Part shown: piece by piece, positions 41,881-47,044 of the stretch
Position numbering within the stretch: the stretch's first letter is position 1
Layout of the letters: each line of letters begins with the position of its first letter
Origin: Thermomicrobiales bacterium
GTDB taxonomy: Bacteria; Chloroflexota; Chloroflexia; Thermomicrobiales; UBA6265
Reading direction: 5' to 3'
Assembly (NCBI GenBank): GCA_037721765.1
Contig: JBBJOE010000001.1
Coordinates: forward strand, 1-47,044
DNA: 47,044 nucleotides
Position numbers and translations under genes: made by a program
Notes under the pieces: generated by a model
What the model saw: only the letters and a program-made list of their open reading frames with translations
Databases searched by the model: none
What the model was told of the DNA's origin: nothing

Positions 41881-43062
41881 ATGTCCCTCGTCGCCCCTCG
41901 CCGTAAGACCCGCGTCCTTCAGGTCGGAGACGTCGGGATCGGCGGTGACAACCCGATCCGTGTCCAGTCGATGACCACGTCCGACACCCGCGACGCCGCC
42001 GCGACCCTGACCCAGATCCGCCAGCTCGCCGACGCCGGCTGCGAGATCGTCCGGATCGCGGTCCCCGACCGCAAGGCCGCCGCGGCCCTTCCCGACATCG
42101 TCCCCCACTCCCCAGTCCCCCTCATCGCCGACATCCACTTCGAGCACACCCTGGCCCTCAAGGCCCTCGACGCCGGGATCCACGGCCTACGCCTGAACCC
42201 TGGCAACATCCGCAAGCCGGAGGACGTCCGCGAGGTCGTCATCAAGGCCAAGGAGCGGGGCACGCCGATCCGGATCGGCGTCAACTTCGGGTCCGTCGCC
42301 CCGATGACCCCCGAGTTCGTCGACGAGATGGCCAGCCAGGGAGCGACGCAGCTCGACCTGCGGGCCGAGTGGCTCGTCCGCTCCGCCCTGGGCCACATCG
42401 CCATCCTGGAAGACCTCGACTTCGAGTTGATCAAGGTCAGCCTGAAAGCGTTCGAGGTGCCCGTCCTCCTGGAAGCGTACCGGCGCTTCGCCCGCCTCGA
42501 CAACGACTACCCGCTTCACCTCGGCGTCACCGAGGCCGGCACCCCCCGGGCCGGCAGCGTCCGCTCCGCCGTCGGCATCGGCACCCTGCTCGCCCTGGGC
42601 ATCGGTGACACCATCCGCGTCTCGCTGACCACCGACCCCGTCGAGGAGGTCTTCGTCGGCTACGAGATCCTCAAGAGCCTGGAACTGCGTCAGAAGGGCG
42701 CGACGATGATCGCCTGCCCGACCTGCGGCCGGGTCGAGGTGGACCTGTTCAAGCTCGCCAACCAGGTCGACGACTTCCTGGCTTCCGTCGATGAACCGAT
42801 CCGGGTCGCGGTCATGGGCTGCGTCGTCAACGGCCCGGGCGAGTCCCGCGACGCCGACGTCGGCCTGGCCGCCGGCAACCAGAAGGGCGTCATCTTCCGC
42901 AAGGGCAAGATCGTCCGCACGGTGGCCGAGGCCGACATGCTCGACGCTCTCAAAGCCGAGATCACCCAGGTGATCGCCGAGCGCCAGGCGGGCATCTTCC
43001 CCGAGGACGACAGCGAGCTGAGCCGGTACAAGCCAACGCTCACGTTGACCGCCGTCAACTGA
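41881..43062 (+). CDS. ispG: 4-hydroxy-3-methylbut-2-en-1-yl diphosphate synthase
   Basis: RKTRVLQVGDVGIGGDNPIRVQSMT, RLNPGNI, IRIGVNFGS, CPTCGR, MGCVVNGPGE. AGGAGG RBS. Canonical rseP-ispG adjacency. Confidence 0.95.
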   Translation: MSLVAPRRKTRVLQVGDVGIGGDNPIRVQSMTTSDTRDAAATLTQIRQLADAGCEIVRIAVPDRKAAAALPDIVPHSPVPLIADIHFEHTLALKALDAGIHGLRLNPGNIRKPEDVREVVIKAKERGTPIRIGVNFGSVAPMTPEFVDEMASQGATQLDLRAEWLVRSALGHIAILEDLDFELIKVSLKAFEVPVLLEAYRRFARLDNDYPLHLGVTEAGTPRAGSVRSAVGIGTLLALGIGDTIRVSLTTDPVEEVFVGYEILKSLELRQKGATMIACPTCGRVEVDLFKLANQVDDFLASVDEPIRVAVMGCVVNGPGESRDADVGLAAGNQKGVIFRKGKIVRTVAEADMLDALKAEITQVIAERQAGIFPEDDSELSRYKPTLTLTAVN

Positions 43063-43187
43063 ACGCCGATCCTCCTCGACGGACGCGAGCATCGAAACGA
43101 GCCCCGCGGCGGGGTGGGAGTGCCGGGCCTGGCCGCGGGGAGACGCCGCATCCGAGCGTGAGTGACAGGTCACGAGGTAGACGCACC

Positions 43188-44327
43188 ATGCGGATGACGA
43201 ACGGTCTCGGCCAACGCATCTCCGGCACGATCATCGTCGCTGTCGTCCTGTTGGCGACGCTCTTCCCCGTCCCCGTCTCCGTTGCCGGGCGGCAAGCCAC
43301 GCCGGCGCTCTCGTGCGAACCGCTCGTGATCACCAACCCCGTCGCCACCCCTGCCGCCGTCGCTGTCGCGCCCCCCGCCCCCTTCACCGGTGAGACTGTC
43401 GAGATCACCGTCGGCTACATTCCCATCTCGATCTACGCCCCCGTCTACCTGGCCGAAGCGAAGGGCTACTACGATGCCCTCGGGCTGGACGTGACCCTAC
43501 AGGCCTTCGCCGGAGGCACTGACCCGATCGCCCTCACCGGCAGCGGCCAGATCGACTTCGCGGCGGTCGGAGCCGGGCCCGCCTTCTGGAACTCGATCGC
43601 CCTCGATCTCCCGGTCCAGATCGTCGCCCCCGGCCACGCCGAGGGCTCGCCCGTCGCCACTCCCCTGATGATTTCCCGGGAAAACTGCCTGTCCGGCGAG
43701 GTCGGTTCCATCGCCGACCTGGCTGGCCAGCGGGTCTCCATCAACGCCCGGGGTGGCACCGAGTACTGGCTTGGCGCGGCCCTGGCTACCGGCGGCCTGA
43801 CCATCGACGATGTCGACCTCCAGACCATCGCCTTCCCGGACGCCGTCGCCGCCCTCGACACCGGCGCGATCGACGCGGCCATGATCGCGGAACCGCTGGC
43901 CACCCTGGCCGAACAACAGGGCATCGCCGTCCGGCTCTTGCCCGACTTCCCGGTCCAGGACATCCAGCCGACCGCGATCATCGGTAACCGCGACTTCACC
44001 GCCCAGAATCCCGAGGTCACCACGGCATTCGTCACCGCCTACCTGATGGCGGCCCGCGACCTCTCCGGCGGCTCCTTCAACGACCCGGCCAACCTGGCGA
44101 TCATCTCGGAGTACACGAGCGTCCCGGCCGAGTTGCTCGCATCCTCGGTCCAGCCGCTCTATTTCCCCAATGGCGAGATCAACGTCGACAGCCTGGACGC
44201 CCTACAGCGCTTCTTCATCGACCGCGGGCAGCTGGAGTACGACGAGCCGATCGACCCCGCGACCGCCATCGATATCCGATTCGTCGAGGCGGCCGTGGCG
44301 GCCCTCGGGCCCTTCCCGGCCGATTGA
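43188..44327 (+). CDS. ABC transporter substrate-binding protein, NMT1/THI5-like (NitT/TauT family)
   Basis: Signal/TM MRMTNGLGQRISGTIIVAVVLLATLF, then ITVGYIPISIYAPVYLAEAKGYYDALGLDVTLQAFAGGTDPIALTGSGQIDFAAVG. Followed by the matching ATPase and permease. Confidence 0.75.
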   Translation: MRMTNGLGQRISGTIIVAVVLLATLFPVPVSVAGRQATPALSCEPLVITNPVATPAAVAVAPPAPFTGETVEITVGYIPISIYAPVYLAEAKGYYDALGLDVTLQAFAGGTDPIALTGSGQIDFAAVGAGPAFWNSIALDLPVQIVAPGHAEGSPVATPLMISRENCLSGEVGSIADLAGQRVSINARGGTEYWLGAALATGGLTIDDVDLQTIAFPDAVAALDTGAIDAAMIAEPLATLAEQQGIAVRLLPDFPVQDIQPTAIIGNRDFTAQNPEVTTAFVTAYLMAARDLSGGSFNDPANLAIISEYTSVPAELLASSVQPLYFPNGEINVDSLDALQRFFIDRGQLEYDEPIDPATAIDIRFVEAAVAALGPFPAD

Positions 44328-44340
44328 CGAGGTATCCAAG

Positions 44341-45261
44341 GTGCCCCCCGAGCCCACGGCCAGCGACTCGCCTCTCTCCGGTGCCGTCCTCGATCCGGGT
44401 CCCTACCGTGATCGCGGACACGACGGACCTTTCCCCCGTTGCGATTTCGACGGGACCGGTCACGGGGCACTCGTCACGGTGGATCGGGTCAGCCAGCGAT
44501 TCGAGGCGCCCGGTGGCCCGGTCGATATCCTCAGCGACATCTCGTTGATCGTCCGGCCGGGCGAGTTCCGGGTCCTGGTTGGTCCGTCCGGGTCCGGCAA
44601 GACGACCCTGCTGCGGATCGTCGCCGGGCTCGACCGCGCCGCCTCCGGCTCCGTATCGGCCCTAACGGCCTCCGGCGAGGTCGCCCACGGGGCGATGGTG
44701 CCCCAGGGCCGCTCCGTTTTCCCCTGGCTGACGGCCAGCGATAACGTCGCCTATGGGCTGAAGCTCCGCGGCGTCCCCCGACGGGAGCGCCGGGCCCGGT
44801 CCGAGGTGCTGCTTGCCGCCGTCGGCCTCGACGGATCAGCCGATCTCTACCCACGCCAACTATCGGAGGGGATGCGGCAGCGTGTCGCGATCGCCCGTTC
44901 TCTCGCCGTCGATCCCGACATCCTCCTGATGGACGAACCCTTCAGCGCCCTGGACGAGCAGACCCGGCTCCTGCTCCAGGAGGAACTGCTCCGGATCTGG
45001 CACGCCACCGCCAAGACCGTCCTCTTCGTCACCCACTCCCTCGACGAGGCATTAGTCCTCGGGGACCGCATCAGCGTGATGGGCACCCGCCCGGGCCGGA
45101 TCGTCGCCACGATCGATGTCCCGTTCGAGCGGCCCCGCTCCATCGTCGATGTCCGCACCGACCCCCGCTACGGCCCCCTCTACCACCGCCTCTGGCACCA
45201 CCTCCGCGAACAGGCCCCGCGTCCCCACGATCCCGCCGGCACGGTCGAGCCCGCCCGATGA
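44341..45261 (+). CDS. ABC transporter ATP-binding protein (NitT/TauT family)
   Basis: GPSGSGKTTLLR, LSEGMRQRVAIARSL, LLMDEPFSALD, VTHS. Start is uncertain: GTG 44341 (GAGG 8 nt upstream) or GTG 44479. Confidence 0.85.
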   Translation: MPPEPTASDSPLSGAVLDPGPYRDRGHDGPFPRCDFDGTGHGALVTVDRVSQRFEAPGGPVDILSDISLIVRPGEFRVLVGPSGSGKTTLLRIVAGLDRAASGSVSALTASGEVAHGAMVPQGRSVFPWLTASDNVAYGLKLRGVPRRERRARSEVLLAAVGLDGSADLYPRQLSEGMRQRVAIARSLAVDPDILLMDEPFSALDEQTRLLLQEELLRIWHATAKTVLFVTHSLDEALVLGDRISVMGTRPGRIVATIDVPFERPRSIVDVRTDPRYGPLYHRLWHHLREQAPRPHDPAGTVEPAR

Positions 45262-46028
45262 CCATTCCCCGCCGACCCGGCGAGTTCGCCCTGAGCCTGG
45301 CTGCCCCGTTCGTCCTGCTGGGGGTCTGGGAAGTGCTTGCCCGGTCCGCGGTCATCAGCCCGGTCTACTGGCCGCCACCGACCACCCTGGCCGAGACCGC
45401 CCGCGACCAGATCGCCAATGGCACACTTGTCGCCGACACCCGGATCACCTTGTTCCGCGTCCTGGTCGGATTCGTTCTCGGTGCCGTACCCGGCGTGCTC
45501 CTTGGTCTGGCGATGGGCCTGTTTTGGCCCGTCCGCCTCCTCCTGATGCCGATCGCCTCGGCCATCTACGCCATCCCGAAGATCGCACTCGTGCCGTTCG
45601 CCTTGATCACGTTCGGGATCGGCGAGACATCGAAGCTCTTCCTCGTCGCGATCTCGATCGTCTTCCTCGTCGTGCTGAGCACCATGGGAGGCGTCCTCTC
45701 CCTCGACCCCGCGTACCGCGACGTGGCCCGTGATTTTCGGGCCAGTCGCTGGCAGGTCTTCACCACCGTCGCCCTACCCGGGACACTGCCCGCCATCTTC
45801 ACCGGCTTCCGCCTCGCCCTCGGTTTCGCCCTGGTCGTGATCGTCGGGACCGAGTTCGTCTCGCCCGGCGACGGCGGCATCGGCGACCTCATTTGGGAGT
45901 CATGGCAGGTCCTCCGCATCCGGGTCATGTTCGTCGGCCTGATCGTCACCGGCCTGATGGGCTGGGGCCTGACCGCCGCCCTCGACCTGATCGAGCGCCT
46001 GGTCGTCCCCTGGGAAACCCGGCGGTGA
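45258..46028 (+). CDS. ABC transporter permease (NitT/TauT family)
   Basis: Six-TM BPD-type permease. ATGA overlap with the ATPase stop. Confidence 0.85.
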   Translation: MTIPRRPGEFALSLAAPFVLLGVWEVLARSAVISPVYWPPPTTLAETARDQIANGTLVADTRITLFRVLVGFVLGAVPGVLLGLAMGLFWPVRLLLMPIASAIYAIPKIALVPFALITFGIGETSKLFLVAISIVFLVVLSTMGGVLSLDPAYRDVARDFRASRWQVFTTVALPGTLPAIFTGFRLALGFALVVIVGTEFVSPGDGGIGDLIWESWQVLRIRVMFVGLIVTGLMGWGLTAALDLIERLVVPWETRR

Positions 46029-46897
46029 CGAGAATCCCCTCGACCCCGAGATTCTGGGCGACGGCCGTGGCCGGGATCGCCGCGGTGATCGGGGTCACTC
46101 TGGCCTGGCGGGGCCGCCACGTCACCCCCTACCGGCCCCGCCTGGAACGCCTCGACGTCCCGGTCCCCGCGGATCACACCGCTCTGGCCGGGATGAGGAT
46201 CGCTTTCGTCACCGATACCCATATGAGCCCCTTCTTCAGTCAGGCGAACCTGCGCGACGCGATCGCTCCCCTCCGCCAGGAACGCCTCGACCTCGTCCTC
46301 CTCGGCGGCGACTACGCCTCCGAGACGGTCCGCTACATCGACCGGGCCATGCCGGTCCTCGACGAGTTGGCCGGGTGGGCCCGATTAGGCATCTTCGGCG
46401 TCCTCGGCAACCACGACGAGCAACTCGGCAGCCACAAGGTCATCGGGGCGTTCGACGCCCATGCCATCCCCCTCCTTCGCAACGAGGCCAGGGCGATCCC
46501 ATTCGGTGGTTCGACCCTCTGGCTGGTCGGCATCGACGACGCCCTGGTGAATCACCACGACCCCGACGCGGCCTTCCGGGACGTGCCGCCCGGCGCGGCG
46601 TCCCTTGCCCTGTGGCACGAACCGGACTGGGCGGAGGAGGCCGCCGGGCGCGGGGCCTTCCTCCAACTCTCCGGCCACACCCACGGTGGCCAGATCCGCC
46701 TCCCCGGCAAGGGTGCCCTGGCCCTCCCGCCGGGTGGCCGGCGGTACGAGATGGGGTCCTACCAGATCGGTCCAATGACGCTCTACGTCTCGCGCGGTGC
46801 CGGGACTTACCGGCCCCCGCTCCGCTTTCGTTGCCCTCCGGAGATCACCTTGATCACCCTCGTCGACCCCACCGGTCCGGTCACGATAGCGCACTGA
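46025..46897 (+). CDS. Membrane-anchored metallophosphoesterase (YkuE/YaeI-like)
   Basis: N-terminal TM (FWATAVAGIAAVIGVTLAW), then FVTDTHM, LGGDY, LGNHD, LWHEP, SGHTHGGQ. GTG 46025 overlaps the permease stop (GTGA). Confidence 0.8.
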   Translation: MTRIPSTPRFWATAVAGIAAVIGVTLAWRGRHVTPYRPRLERLDVPVPADHTALAGMRIAFVTDTHMSPFFSQANLRDAIAPLRQERLDLVLLGGDYASETVRYIDRAMPVLDELAGWARLGIFGVLGNHDEQLGSHKVIGAFDAHAIPLLRNEARAIPFGGSTLWLVGIDDALVNHHDPDAAFRDVPPGAASLALWHEPDWAEEAAGRGAFLQLSGHTHGGQIRLPGKGALALPPGGRRYEMGSYQIGPMTLYVSRGAGTYRPPLRFRCPPEITLITLVDPTGPVTIAH

Positions 46898-46934
46898 TCA
46901 CCACCCGGATCGGCTTCGGGTCCCGGGCACGGGA

Positions 46935-46966
46935 ACGCCCCGCGAGAGATATCTCTCGCGGGGCGT
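46935..46966. terminator. 32-nt perfect palindrome (16-bp stem) downstream of the last gene
   Basis: ACGCCCCGCGAGAGAT|ATCTCTCGCGGGGCGT, 38 nt after stop 46895-46897. A pyrimidine-rich stretch follows, not a U-run. Confidence 0.5.
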
Positions 46967-47044
46967 CTCCTGTCTCCATGTCGTCTCGCTAGGGCATCTC
47001 CGCCGGACTACGCCCGGTAGATCAATATCCCTTGGATGCGGACG

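Noticed and set aside
43063-43187. TPP riboswitch upstream of the NMT1/THI5-like binding protein (GGGGTGGGAGTGCC…).
   Set aside because: It lacks the CTGAGA and ACCTGATCTGGATAATGCCAGCG-type core elements. Only generic GC hairpins are present.

Overview
High-GC (roughly 70%) bacterial chromosomal segment, densely coding on both strands and mostly housekeeping: uvrC, tsaC-like, rarA, rph, mutY, coaE, an ABC-F ATPase, lysA, rpoD, obg, plsC, cmk, rluB, a PBP5-type carboxypeptidase, glyQS, a XerC/D recombinase, ald, rseP and ispG. Two uptake loci flank these genes. One is a maltodextrin-type ABC transporter with two GH13 glycosidases (2-6775). The other is a NitT/TauT-type ABC transporter with a coupled metallophosphoesterase (43188-46897). 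Gene content, strong GGAGG ribosome-binding sites and frequent 4-nt start/stop overlaps fit a Terrabacteria lineage (Chloroflexota- or Actinomycetota-like); I cannot name the species. I saw no rRNA, tRNA, CRISPR array, transposase or prophage signature. Many long ORFs in the track are antisense shadow ORFs, as expected at this GC content. Four things deserve a second look. (1) A minus-strand module (6788-9646) contains an unknown helical protein and then a decayed 370-nt gap. Next comes an SF1B helicase ORF that keeps motifs II-VI but has no P-loop and is preceded by an in-frame TAG, and then a tightly coupled Cys-motif protein. (2) A HisC-fold protein has lost the PLP-binding lysine and is translationally coupled to a metallophosphoesterase (32254-34166). 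(3) A 420-nt ORF-poor, GC-depressed region between convergent genes carries a long imperfect inverted repeat and may encode a structured RNA (34167-34588). (4) Several striking perfect hairpins occur, and RluB carries an Arg/Gly-rich tail of about 390 aa whose end overlaps cmk. All functional calls come from reading motifs by eye; no database search was possible.
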